NCBI GenBank assembly: GCA_951406725.2
Contig: OX597818.1
Span: forward strand, 109,368,001 to 109,432,000
Reading direction: 5' to 3'
From: Octopus vulgaris
Taxonomy: Eukaryota
DNA length: 64,000 bases
This document shows positions 1 through 12,994 of the stretch, piece after piece. The position numbers and the translations under genes were made by a program. The notes beneath the pieces were generated by a model. That model was not told the origin of the DNA, ran no database searches, and saw nothing but the letters and a program-made list of their open reading frames with translations. Position 1 is the stretch's first letter, and each line of letters starts with the position of its first letter.

Positions 1-360
1 GTAACCTGGTAACAAAGCACTACTACAATAGTAATCACTTTTCTTTAACTTATAAATGTGCAAATACAAAATAATTCAATTGGCAATGTAGTACAAGCTA
101 GCTCTAGACTTGAACCTAAAGCCTCATATATACAACTGAAAAAATTCTTGCTTAATATGAGGCAGCAACTCTATTTCACAGCAGAAGATAATTCTATTTA
201 ACAATCATAAAATTTTTTTTTTTTATATTCTGCTTATTAGAATGTTTCCATGCTGTTTCCATACACTTTGTTGATTTTCTTTTCTATTCTGTGATACTGT
301 TTAGCTTCTGCATTTTGCTTCATGCATGTTATTCCTTGAATGAGAAATACAACAAAAGGA

Positions 361-744
361 CTCTTTTACTCTTTTACTTGTTTCAGTCATTTGACTGCGG
401 CCATGCTGGAGCACCACCTTTAGTCAAGCAAATCGACCCCGGGACTTATTCTTTGTAAACCCAGTACTTATTCTATCGGTCTCTTTTGCCGAACCGCTAA
501 GTGATGGGGACGTGAACACACCAGCGTCGGTTGTCAAGCAATGCTAGAGGGACAAACACAGACACACACACAAATGTATACATATATACGACAGGCTTCT
601 TTCAGTTTCCGTCTACCAAATCCACTCACAAGGCATTGGTCGGCCCAGGGCTATAGCAGAAGACACTTGCTCAAGATGCCAGGCAGTGGGACTGAACCCG
701 GAACCATGTGGTTGGTTAGCAAGCTACTTACCACACAGCCACTT
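361..744 (-). mobile_element. tRNA-derived SINE family A (~400 bp, internal TA/CA microsatellite, (taaaagag)n tail)
   Basis: The head has A/B boxes (ggctgtgtggtaag...ggttccgggttcagtccc), followed by a CORE-like cttgagcaagt segment. More than 10 copies occur in the window. Confidence 0.9.
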
Positions 745-1440
745 CATTGTACTATAACTTGCAGTTATATAAATTCCCTTTAGATAACTAAATTCTGACA
801 TATTTAAATCAGCCATTTGCCTAACACTACTTGGATTTCGTTTGCCTTACACCTCAAACATGTTTCCAGCCCTTTATCCATCACAGAACTGTGTTTTCTG
901 AACTCCGGTTACCTCTTAACTCTAGAATTATTTACTCAATTTGTTTATGCTACATACTTATTTGTCTGTTCTATGGCCATTTTCCCATGCTTGCATGGGT
1001 TAGACAAATATGTTATTGAGGCATTGCTTTACAGCCGTTCCTTCCACAAGCCCTGACTTGGGTTTTGGGGGGGAGAGGGGGTAAGGGACCTCTTATTCTA
1101 TGTGGCTTGAAGGCACAAAACAAACAGGCAATTTGTTGAGAGGAAAAGTGAAAACAACAATGCTGCATGAAACTTTGTAACTCTTGTACAAACTAGTAAA
1201 CAAACACAGACACGTGTATAAGCATACACACACACACACACATATATATATACAAATAAAATGGTCTTCTTTCTGTTTCTATTAATCCATACAAAGTTGC
1301 TGTAGAAGGAATTTGCCAAAGGTACTGCAGTGGGACAGAATTTAAAACTACGTGGTTAAGAAGCAATCTGGTTAATAATCACACAGCCATGACTGTACAC
1401 ACGCGCGTGCGCACACACACACACACACATGTGCGCGCAA

Positions 1441-1502
<62 letters not shown>

Positions 1503-1530
1503 GCGCATGTTTAGTTTATTCACACTTTAA

Positions 1531-1747
1531 ACCTTTAGCATTCGGATTATTGTGTCAAATACAATATGTATTTCTTCACATTGTTTTGAATTAATCATGC
1601 ATTATCTCATAGCTTTGAGATCTTGACATGATTGCTTATTTTCAGAATGGCATTGTAAGCTAGGTGTGAGGGGTCAGATTTGGGTGGTTTGAAAATAAAG
1701 CATGTAGAATATTTGAGCCAAATATGGCCAGTCAACATACTAAAGGG
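1531..1747. mobile_element. piggyBac-type MITE (second copy ~2298-2505)
   Basis: The termini are ttaa|acctttagcatt ... atactaaaggg, and the second copy ends ...atactaaacag|ttaa. The interiors of the two copies are homologous. Confidence 0.65.
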
Positions 1748-1762
1748 ATGTATCTATGCATA

Positions 1763-1984
1763 CTCTTTACTCTTTTACTCTTTTACTTGTTTCAGTCATT
1801 TGACTGCGCCCATGCTGGAGCACCGCCTTTAGTCGAGCAAATCGACCCCGGGACTTATTCTTTGTAAGCCCAGTACTTATTCTATCGGTCTCTTTTGCCG
1901 AACCGCTAAGTGACAGTGACATAAACACACCAGCATCGGTTGTCAAGCAATGCTAGGGGGACAAACACAGACACACAAACACAT

Positions 1985-2015
<31 letters not shown>

Positions 2016-2187
2016 CATATATACGACAGGCTTCTTTCAGTTTCCGTCTACCAAATTCACTCACAAGGCATTGGTCGGCCCGGGGCTATAGCAGAAGACA
2101 CTTGCCCAAGATGCCACGCAATGGGACTGAACCTGGAACCATGTGGTTGGTTAGCAAGCTACTTACCACACAGCCACTCCTGCACCT
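1763..2187 (-). mobile_element. SINE family A, full length
   Basis: Near-identical to the copy at 361-744. Confidence 0.9.
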
Positions 2188-3528
2188 ATGTTTTTTTATT
2201 TTTTATTTTTGAGCTTAATTAAAGTTCTTGAGCCAGTTGCTAACAAAGCAGCAAGATCTACTTGTTTGTCTGTTTGTATGAATGTTTGTGCCTTTCTCCT
2301 TTAATATTCATATTACTCTGTCAAATATAATGCTTATATTTTACACTGTTTTTAATTAATCATGCTTCATAGCTTAGACATTTTAATGTGACTTTATATT
2401 TAGAATGACATTGTAGGGTTGGTGGGAGATGTTAGATCTGGTCAGTTTGAACATAGAACAGGTAGAATATATGGGCCAGATCTGGGCTGTTTAAATACTA
2501 AACAGTTAAAGCAATTTAAAGGCTCATGGTCATTTTCTGTCTATTCAGCCACATAACACCAAGACTACAGAGAATTACAAATGTCAAAAATTGTGAGATG
2601 GACAATTAATTCTCTTGACAGGAGAACAGAATCACCAGTAACAAGGTTTCTGGAAACAAATATGGATTAAAACTTCAGCAAATTCTGCGCCTTCACTTCA
2701 AAAGACTACCATTTCTGATTACGATTTTAGCTTGCTTTGTTTAATCTGTTACGCTAGTCAGTTTGAACAGCTATACACATTCTCTTCATGGACGATAGTT
2801 CAACAATAGGCAGAAAAATCACAGCTACATATAAACAGGGCATATGCTTAATGGAATATACTGTTTACAGTCACAACTTAATCCTGACACATTATACAGA
2901 TCTTTTTGTAATGAGAGGGGAAAAAAAACTCAAAGATAAGCCACTTAAATTGATATAATTGATTCAATTTAAGTGCAAGGGTAGATGCTATGAAAAAATG
3001 TATAATGGTTTTTTTTTGTTTCAATATAAAACTACAAAACAGAGGTGTGTGTGTGTGTGCATGCATTAAGTAACAAAAAAAAAAACAAGAAGAAAGAACA
3101 AGAGAGAAAGAATAAACTATGATGAATATGATAGCTGTTTAACACTCAAGAAGTTGAAATGGAGTACTGTAACATTTTGGACGTTAGCTCTTCATCAAAA
3201 ATGGAAGAGAGAAATAGAGCATGACATGGGAAGAGAAATGAATTAGAAAAACTAAAAGAAAAAATTTGAGGGAGAGGACACAGACAAAAGGAGAAGGTGG
3301 GGAAACGATTCTGTAGAATGGGTCAGGAAAGGGCCGGTGTGTAGATGCATATGTTAAGAATGCTGAGGAAGAGGAAATGGTGCATACATGTGTTGGTTAG
3401 AGGAAGCGTATATGTCAGTGTGTGTATGCAATTGTTTGGTAGTATGAATGCATGTATGTAAGGCTCTGCATGTGCATGCTTCTATGCGAGAGACTAAAGG
3501 TATAAATGAAGACATGTGAAAGATGGAG

Positions 3529-3564
<36 letters not shown>

Positions 3565-5486
3565 ATAAAGAAAAATGTATGTAAGGGTGGAAAAGCATTT
3601 TTTTTTCCAGCTATGCAGCTGTTACACAGGTAGAATTATTAAAGAGAGAACTGTTATTTAAACTAGCAAATAGAAATGTAGCAAAGCATTCTAAAGACTT
3701 ATCTAACTTACACAAGTATGAGTGAAAATGAAAAGAAAGTAGAAATATAACCTGAGATAAAATTGATAATACAAAGATGTGTAAAATAATCATACTAACT
3801 AGGATGGATATCTGTATTTAAAGACAGGCATATAAAATCACTTTTTCCTTGGTTTTATTCATTCTAGTTCGTTAGAAAACAGACAACGGAAACTTTCTAC
3901 TTTATTTTGTTAAATATACCATAAGCTCTTGCTTTTTCCATTTTAATTTCATATAGCACTTGGGATCCACTTATGGAGGCCACTAGTCAAGCATATGAAA
4001 TAGCATACAAAGCTAATGTCATATTCTGTAAGACTTCAAGAAACCAGCAAAGAGCTAAAAAAATGAAATTGAGCATGAAGCAATAAAGAGAGCAAAATAA
4101 AATTCATGGAAGTATTAACAAATGAATAAATAAAACAAAATGAAAAAGCATAATAAATACAGTGAAGTATATAAATAAGCAATAGTAATATCAATTCTAC
4201 ATGAATTTTGCTTTCAAAAGACCAGAACATTTTATGAAATTCTGACAAATAAATTCCCAATTACAATTATAGCAGCTATCTAACCACTCAACATATGGCA
4301 AAGCAATTAGATTACTTAGGCAAAATTTAAGTTAAGATAAAAACTAAAGCAAAAAATATAGAGTTTGATGTTAATCCAATTCTAAAATATATCTCAAATC
4401 TTGACAAGAAAATTATACTTTCGACATCAAACTTTCGAAAATGAAAGAAATCAGAATTGATGGAGAAAATAGCGAGAGAATCTAACAAAATAATCCAACC
4501 TCAGTTAAGGACCCTGACTAGAGCAAATAATAAAGAGACAAGAGCTAAGAAATGTACAATTCTGCATAAAATTTCTGCCTGAAGAACTGAGAAAATACAA
4601 TATAAGGTCAGAGAGTGATGACCTAATGTAATACTATTTTACTAAAATACTTTCTAACTTGTTCAAATGCCATTCAAAGGATATTTCACAAAGTAAAGTT
4701 GCAGTGATTTTATGCCACCCAAATTAATGATATTTCATTGACCTTTACTTTCTCCTCAAAAATCAATTAAGAGTTTTGTACATGTTATATAACCAGTTGG
4801 ACTGTTTAGAAATATGAATGTTCAAATTGATAAGCTGCTAAAAACTTGTAGAGATCATTACTGAGATGCAAGCTTGACTTCATAAAAATGGTAAGTTCAA
4901 GAGGTTAGTGTGAAGATTCTGGACATTGTGACATCTCAAAGAAAGACATGAAACAAAATTACAATAGAAACCAAAGTGTTCTCTTGATATATCATTCTAT
5001 ACATATTTAAAAACATCTGCAACAAGAAATGGTATAATGCTTTGTGATTTCTTCTTTAACTTTCTATTGCAAACAATATCTGAATATGAATAAATGATAG
5101 CAATCAAGACACGAGATGCTATCATGAGAGAAAATATGTGAGTGATCCTACACACAGATCTTATTTTGTTTTACTAAAAGCCACCATTGTCTTCATTCTT
5201 CCAAACCCAAATAATTGCATTACACATATATACATATGGAAATGCAGGCACACACACACACACACACACACGTACATTATCATCATCATTTAACGTCCAC
5301 TTTCTATGCTGGCATGGGTTAGACAGTTTGACTGGAACTACTAAGCCAGAGAGCTGCACCACATTTCAGTCTGATTTGGTATGGTTTCTATGGCTGGATG
5401 CCCTTCCTAATGCCAACCACTCCAAGAGAGTAATGGATGCTTTTTACATGCCACTGGCACTCTATTGCTTCTGCTAAAATTATATA

Positions 5487-5680
5487 GGTGCAGACATGGC
5501 TGTGTGGTAAGAAGCCTGCTTCACAACCACACTTTTCCAGGTTCAATCCCACTGCGTGGCACCCTAGGCAAGTGTCCTCTACCACAACCTCAGGCCAACC
5601 AAAGCCTTGCAAGAGGATCTAGTAGACGGAAACTGAAAGAAGCCTATCATGTGTGTGTGTGTATTGGGGGACAAACACAG

Positions 5681-5730
<50 letters not shown>

Positions 5731-5898
5731 CATACGACAGGCTTCTTTCAGTTTCTGCCTACCAAATCTACTCACAAGGTTTTGATCGGCCAGAGGCTTT
5801 AGTAGAAGACACTTGCCAAAGGTGCCACACAGTGGAACTGAACCCGGAACCATATGGTTGGTAAGCAAGCTACTTACCACACAGCCACTCCTGCGCCT
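5487..5898. mobile_element. Two SINE family A 5' halves in inverted orientation
   Basis: A plus-strand 5' half (~5487-5660) is directly followed by a minus-strand 5' half (~5665-5898). Confidence 0.85.
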
Positions 5899-5899
5899 A

Positions 5900-7784
5900 T
5901 GTGACAGCGTGTGTATCGTTGGCGACTTTATAACCCCAGGAGATCGTCATCTCCAGCTGGCTTTAGACACCATTTCAGTGCCCTTGAAGTATTTGCAGAG
6001 GGAGGCCATCCCTTCCTCGCAAGCCTGAGTGATACACTCGGACTAGTTTCGAGCGTATGTCTGTCATCCTGCAATTTGTGAATGTGTAGAGATGTGTCGG
6101 GGTGTATTCATGTGTGTGTGCATGTGTGTGTGAGTTTCTGTGTGGATGTGTAGGTTTAGGGTTAGATGTGGATGTGTATGTTTTGCTTGTACGGTGTGGT
6201 GGAGGTCGGGCGGCTCTCAATTGAACAACCGTGAGGAAAATAATGATAATTTTAAATTCAAATCCAATAGTGTATTTATGTCATAAGGAAAATTACTAAA
6301 TGGAACCCGGACATACATATTTACCGCTCTGGATCCTAATGTAAGTGTTATTAATAATATTATGAATGATAATAATGGTAACATTAATGGTTTTGACAAC
6401 GATAATGATGCTAACTTTAATGACACTTTAGAAATTAATATGAAGTAATATAATGTACTATTGACTATGTATATTTGCATCTAGGTACTAATTTGTGTAT
6501 GTTTATTATCACAATATTAAGTCGAAAAACTGAGACATTGAATGTGGAACACATATATATTTTTACTAATTTATATTATTTATTTATATCATTATGTATA
6601 TGTATATTTTTATATGTATAGGAGTGTGAGTATGTGCACTTATATGCATATGTATATGTTGTATTATGGGTATGCACCCACAACCATGTGGGTATATATA
6701 TAGACTGATTTATATTACACTAGCAGTATCGCCCGGCGTTGCTCGGGTTTGTAAGGGAAATAACTATATAAGCATTTTTAGAGAGTTACTTCCTTTATAG
6801 ATGCCAATTCGGGCTTTCTTAGCCATTTCTGTTTTGGTGTCTTCAAGCCATGAAGTCGTTGTTCTAAAAGAACGCTGGTCTCCTTGACAACGCATTACGA
6901 CGTTGATTTCCTTAAACTCCCTTCCCCACAGCTTCACGAGGGAGGGTAGAAGGGGGAGAAGCAAACACAGGTGCAGGTGTTTGAGCGTGGACACCAACTC
7001 CGCCGCCATCGACACACGAAAAATTATGCATTAAAATGGAATAAAAAATGATGTTAAATTATTTTTTAAATCGTAGACTCATCGTAGACGCGCGCTAATA
7101 GCCAGACGGGCTCGATATTAATCACGACTATAAGATACCCGAATTTGGTTAAACTGCACCGCAAAATGTGGGAGGAGTTAGGAATCTAAATCGTAGGAGA
7201 CAGACACTCACACAACTACAGTTTTATATATATATAGATAATCTCCAAAGAGGCCTTATGATATTTTTGTAAATGTCTCATTTATATCTATATATTGACC
7301 AACCATAAAGGGCTAATATTGGTAAAATGAGACATACTTATCTACATGGCTGAAACAGCTGCAAGATGTAATCTATACTTATATTTATGTTTGCTTATAT
7401 TTATATTCTCTTTTATATATATTCTACTTATTATACAACATTACTCTTTTATGTACACTTTTTTATGTACATTCCTTTATGTACACTGATTTGTTCTGCT
7501 TTTTGTATTTAACTCTACAGTCTCTTATGTGGTGGTTTAATAAAGTATGTGATTGAGTATTATCTGGTAATTGATATTTGATTTAGATGTATTTCTCCAT
7601 TTTCTTATCTTGTATTAGTAATTTGTGGTAAATCATTTTACCTTTGCCCATACAATACAGTAAATGAATTGATTGCATCGCAATCATTAACATTTATGTA
7701 TTAACTTTGTTGGGTACTTCACTAGCAGTATATTGGATATATGTTATCCCATGGAGGGTTGCATTTACAACCCCTATCTCAATT

Positions 7785-7790
<6 letters not shown>
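5900..7790 (+). mobile_element. Probable Penelope-like non-autonomous element/pseudo-LTR relic, interrupted by the Helitron
   Basis: It contains a decayed minimal hammerhead-type motif at 7239-7372, a hallmark of Penelope-like pLTRs. No RT was seen and the boundaries are approximate. Confidence 0.4.
6720..7238 (-). mobile_element. Non-autonomous Helitron
   Basis: The minus strand begins A|TCTATATATATAAAAC and ends with hairpin cccgagcaacgccggg + cgatactgCTAG|T. It is inserted between A and T with no TSD. Confidence 0.88.
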
Positions 7791-7837
<47 letters not shown>

Positions 7838-7841
<4 letters not shown>

Positions 7842-10800
7842 TCATCATCATCATCATTTAACGTCCGCTTTCCATGCTAGCATGGGTTGGACGATTTGAC
7901 TGAGGTCTGGCGAACCAGACTCCAATCTGATCTGGCAGAGTTTCTAAAGCTGGATGCCCTTCCTAATGCCAACCAGTCTGAGAGTGTAGTGGGTGCTTTT
8001 ACGTGCCACCGGCACGAGGGCCAGTTTGGTGGTACTGGCAACGGTCACGTCCAAATGGTGCTTTTTACGTGCCACCTGCACAGGAGCCAGTCCAGCAGCA
8101 CTGGCAAAGTCCTCGCTCGAATGTTTCACATGCCACCAGCACAAGTGCTAGTAAGGCGACGCGGTAACATGTCACCGGCACGAAGGCCAGTTCATTGCTC
8201 TGGCAATGATCTCACTCATATGGTACTCTTAGCGCTCCACTAGCAACGGATGCCGGTCACCGAGTTTGATTTTGACTTCGATTTCACTTGCCTCAACTGG
8301 TCTTCACCAGCAGAGTTTAGTGTTCAATGAAGAAAAGGTATAAATAAGTGGACTGGTTACACTCCTAGCATAGGCCACAATGTTATGGTCACACTTGTGC
8401 TTGCTGAGTCTTCTGGAGCACAGCATATTTTCAGAGGTCCCTGTCACTAGTCATTGCTTCGGTGAGGCCCAATGTTTGAAGGTCATGCTTCACCACCTCA
8501 TTCTAGGTCTTCCTGAGTCTACCTCTTCCATAGGTTCCCACAACTGCTAGGGTGTGGCACTTTTTCACACAGCTATCCATATCCATTCCCGCCACATGAC
8601 CATACCAGCGCAGTTGTCTCTCTTGCACACCACATCTGATGCTTCTTAGGTCCAACCTTTCTCTCAGGGTACTAACACTCAGTCGAGTATGCACACTGGC
8701 ATTACACATCCATCGGAGCATGCTGGCTTCATTCCTTGTGAGCTTACACATATCCTCAGACGTCATGGCCCATGTTTCACTGCCATGTAGTATGGCTGTT
8801 CGTACACATGCATCGTACAGTCTACCTTTTACTCTGAGCGAGAAGCCCTTTGTCACCAGCAGAGGTAAGAGCTCTCTGAACTTAGCCCAGGCTATTCTTA
8901 TTCTAGCAGCTACACTTTCAGTGCACTCTCCTCCGCTACTGATTTTGTTACCTAGGTAACGGAAGCTATCAACTACTTCTAGTTTTTCTCCCTGGAATGT
9001 GGCGGAAGTTGGTCTCTGCGCATTTTCAGTGTTTATTGCTCCCGAGCATCTGCCACATACGAAAGCTATCCTCCCAGTTAGCCTTCCTTTGATATTGCTG
9101 CACCTCTTATGTGTCCATAGCTTACACTGGGTACATCTTATAGAGTTTCTACCTACACCTTTTCTACAGATCGAGCAGGGCCATCTACCTGAAGGGATTT
9201 GTGGTTTGCCTGCCTTCCTACATATTAGGACTTTGGTTTTAGCTAGGTTGACTCTAAGGCCCTTCGATTCTAATCCTTCTTTCCACACTTGAAACTTCTC
9301 CTCTAGTTCTGTTAGTGACTCAGCAATTAGAGCAAGGTCATCAGCATAGAGGAGCTCCCAGGGGCATCCTGTCTTGAATTCCTCCATTATTGCCTGGAGG
9401 ATTATGATAAATAGGAGGGGGCTGAGGACTGAACCTTGGTGGACCCCTACCTCTACCCGGAATTCTTAACTGTACTCGTTAACAACCCTCACCTTACTGA
9501 CAGCATCCTTATACATGGCTTGCACGGCTCTCACTAACCATTTATCTATCCCTAGTTTCCTCATTGACCACCAGATAAGGGATCGGAGGACCCTGTAAAA
9601 GGCTTTCTCCATGTCAACGAAGGCCAGGTACAGGGGCTTATCTTTGGCTAGGTATTTCTCCTGCAACTGTCTAACCAGAAATATAGCTTTTCCCTGGCAC
9701 AAAACCGAACTGCATCTCGTCCAATTTGACTCTTTCCCTAATTAGTTGGACTATGACCCTCTCCGTGATCTTCATTACCTGATCCAAGAGCTTGATACCT
9801 CTGTAATTATTTGTATCTAAAGTGTCACCTTTTCCTTTGTAGCAGTTGACTATAGTGCAGCTACACCAGTCATTGGGTATGACTCCTTTGTGTATCACCT
9901 GGTTAACTATATAGGTGACCAGGCTAATGCCGACACTGCCAGATATTTTGAGCATCTCTGCAGTAATTGCTGATGGGTCGGGGGCTTTCCCTGTCTTCAT
10001 ACTTTTAATTGCTTTAACTATCAAGGTACTGTCAACTCGGATAGCTGGTCCCTCTGTTGGGTCGACATTCGGCAGACTCTCTTTCTCCCATTCATTTTCT
10101 TTGTTCAGCAACCTTTCATAGTGGCGTCTCCAAACCTCTCTCTTTGCAGCCTCATTTAGTGCAAGTGAACCATCATCCATGCGAACACATTTCTCTCCTA
10201 CCACATCACGATTCTCTCTCACACACTGTCTTGCAACACGAAATACCTCAAGTCTTTGGTCCTCATGGCGCAGAACATTGGCAAATTTTTTCTTATCTGC
10301 TTCCCTTCTGGCTAAATAAACCTGTCTCCTAGCTTCTCTTCTGGCAGTCTGATACGATTCCCTGCTACCACCATTCTTCCAGTCCTTACAGGGGACTTTG
10401 CACCATCCACAGATCTGGTTAGTGGCCCTCAGCAGGTTGTCCCTTAGAAATCTCCAGTTGTCTTCTACCCCGTGTGAAGCTATATCCCCTTCTACTTCGT
10501 AAAAGGCTTCAAGTAATATGTCTCTAAATCTCAGTCCTTTCGCAGGATCTTTAAGCTTCCAGACCCTTCTTCTCCATGTTGGTCATCTTCTGGTTGTCCT
10601 CTTAGTCCTGATCCTAAAGTCACTAACTACCAGTCTATGTTGTGGGGTACATTCTTTGCCTGGGAAGGTTTTGGCATTTATAAGCAGCCATCTTTCCCTT
10701 TATCTGGCAAGGATGTAGTCAATTTGGCTAGTATGTCGGCCCGATCGGTAGGTGACTAGGTGGCTGTTAGGTTTCCTGAAGTTAGTGTTGCAAACCATAA

Positions 10801-11163
10801 GATCATTTGCATCGCAGAACTCCAGCAGCCTGGTTCCCTCCTCGTTGCGGGAACCATAACCGTAGCCTCCATGTACGCCATGGAAGTCCCCAGCATGTTG
10901 TCCAACATGCCCATTGAAGTCACCAGCCACAAAGAGAAGATCCCTGTCGTTCGTCAACAAGGTAGTCTGCAGTAGGGTGTCATAGAATCGGTCTTTCTGT
11001 CCATCGGGTAGCCCTGGCTGAGGGGCATAGGCTGATATAATGGTCGCTAATCCATGATGAAGCACTAATCTAATCTTAAGTATTCTGTCGCATATTCTGA
11101 CTACCTCAATTACCTTTACCCATTTTTCAGCGAGAAGTATACCCACGCCCCCGACCCCGTCAG
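7838..11163 (-). mobile_element. RTE-clade LINE, 5'-truncated, decayed (APE + RT + PHD-like finger + 3'UTR, (GAT)n tail)
   Basis: ORF pieces encode APE motifs (GVGILL, SAYAPQ, AGDFNGHVG, SQIDYIL) and RT motifs (YRGIKLL, QFGF, FVDMEKAF, LLYADDL, FRYLG, LRWYGHV). The ORF is broken by frameshifts and stops. The 3'UTR ends ...gcggacgttaaatgatgatgat, and the element is flanked by (TA)n. Confidence 0.95.
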
Positions 11164-12199
11164 TATATATATATATATACACAGACACACACATATATAT
11201 ATATACACACACCACCTATCATGAAACGCTGTGGTGGTTGTTCTGAAATAGCAGAGCATACCCCAAAGCTTGTTGTATCATGGTATGTACTGGGTGGATG
11301 GTGAGATGAAATTAAGAACCAAAAATGAGTGATGTTTAACTAGTACACATCCTGTTTACTATCTGCTTCTACAACCCTTGTAAAAACATATCCTTTCTTT
11401 CTAACACCCTGTACTCTCCTGACCCCCAACTAGACTCTTCATTTGGCAACGTCTATTTGATTTAATTCATCCCTTACTCTTCATGATTCTTTCTATCTAT
11501 TCAAACTTTCACTTATATAAGACATTATTCTAAGAAGTTATACATCTAAATATGTTGAAAATTTATCAACTGAAAATGAATTTCTTTATAATAATTCTGT
11601 TCTTGCCATATCATGACATAATCTGGCCATAATTTATTTTCAAATCTAATAATACACATTCAGAATCAATATAATAACACATTCTTGGAAACAAAGTTTA
11701 AGCCACATTGAAATAGCCTATAGTTTGTTTGTATTATTTTGAGCAATACTTATGCCAGACTCCAAAGTTCAGTAAAACAGCACAGTAAATACTGACAATA
11801 AATCCCATAAGCAATACAATAAAACTTAATAAACAATATTCAGAGCTTCATCACTCCTGGACTCCCTCCACCACTGTCTGTTTCTGCCAGCCCTGGCTAT
11901 GTTGACTCCAGATAACAGTTGAGATCATCTTGTCATCTTGTCTTTAGCTAATCTCTTGATCTTAACCATTGTCTGGTGTCCATTCCGTCACCCTGAATTG
12001 TCTATCTGATCTCCTTCAGTTGCATGTGGCCAGCCGATTTATATTTGTTCCTCTTGATGATTCTTACACAACTCATGATGTCCTAAATTTTTGTTCCTAT
12101 TTCGGTGATTAACAATCCTTTCAGCTTTGTATTTTATGCTATGCTTCACTGAGGAATGATAATCTAAAAACAGACTAAGCAACTCTACTGTGATCCCAA

Positions 12200-12960
12200 A
12201 ATTAGAATTAACAAAAAAGATGAAGATGTTTTACAAGCAAAAGTTTGTGAAAAGTATGATGTTAAAAAGCCAACAGTTTTGGATATACACAAGGCAAAAG
12301 ATAAACTCTTGACTTTTCTTTGAAATATGATGCTGATAGTTCGAAATCATAGGTTCTCAAAGTGGATGCTACTGCCCCTCAGTGGGTATTGTGATGGCCC
12401 AGGTGGGCAATGGTGCCTAAGGGGGTGGGGTGGAGAAAAAGGAAGCGTTGGGAGGAAGGCAGTGAATTGGGGGACGCTATGAATTTATCATAATATTATT
12501 ATAGTATTGTATACAAATTATATAATATTATATTAAATATTAAATGATTCATAGTATATATAAAGTAGTAAAATATATAATCTTTAATTATACATAAAAA
12601 TAGGGGTGTGGGCACTGGGGGTATTATGTGGCTATGAGGTGGCCCAAAAAGTTTGAGAACCTCTGTTCTAATTCATCAAGCCATTGGTGCAAGGAGGCAT
12701 AACAGAGTTTCATCCATTAAGCATCCTGCAGTAACATTTGTGATGTAGAACATCAAAATATTGCTACCAAGCTTTCTAGGCATATGGATTTTAAGAATTT
12801 CAAAGTTGATAATGGTTGATTATGATGATTTAGAAATGGCTATGGAATGTAGAATAATTTACCCATGGTGAAGCAAAGAGTACACCAAACAAGGATATCA
12901 AACCATTTAGCAAGAGCTAAAACGCCTTAAATGTGATGGGTCTCTTAATTCATTTAACCC
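12200..12960 (+). pseudogene. pogo/Tigger transposase relic (HTH_psq + CENP-B HTH) interrupted by the hAT MITE
   Basis: AKVCEKYDVKKPTVLDIHKAKDKL ... NFKVDNG*L**FRNGYGM...GEAKS resembles the FKASNGWL.RF..RHGI...GE motif. It has multiple stops. Confidence 0.65.
12348..12665. mobile_element. hAT (Charlie-like) MITE
   Basis: TIRs are cataggttctcaaa / tttgagaacctctg. The 8-bp flanks ttcgaaat and ttctaatt resemble a decayed TSD. Confidence 0.75.
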
Positions 12961-12994
12961 ACAGTGAGGTTTTGAAATGTTTAAAGCTGTTTCT

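Noticed and set aside
7985-8265. Repeat-spacer-like palindromic array resembling CRISPR
   Set aside because: The 'spacers' are homologous to each other, the array is the 3'UTR of an RTE LINE, the context is eukaryotic, and there are no cas genes.
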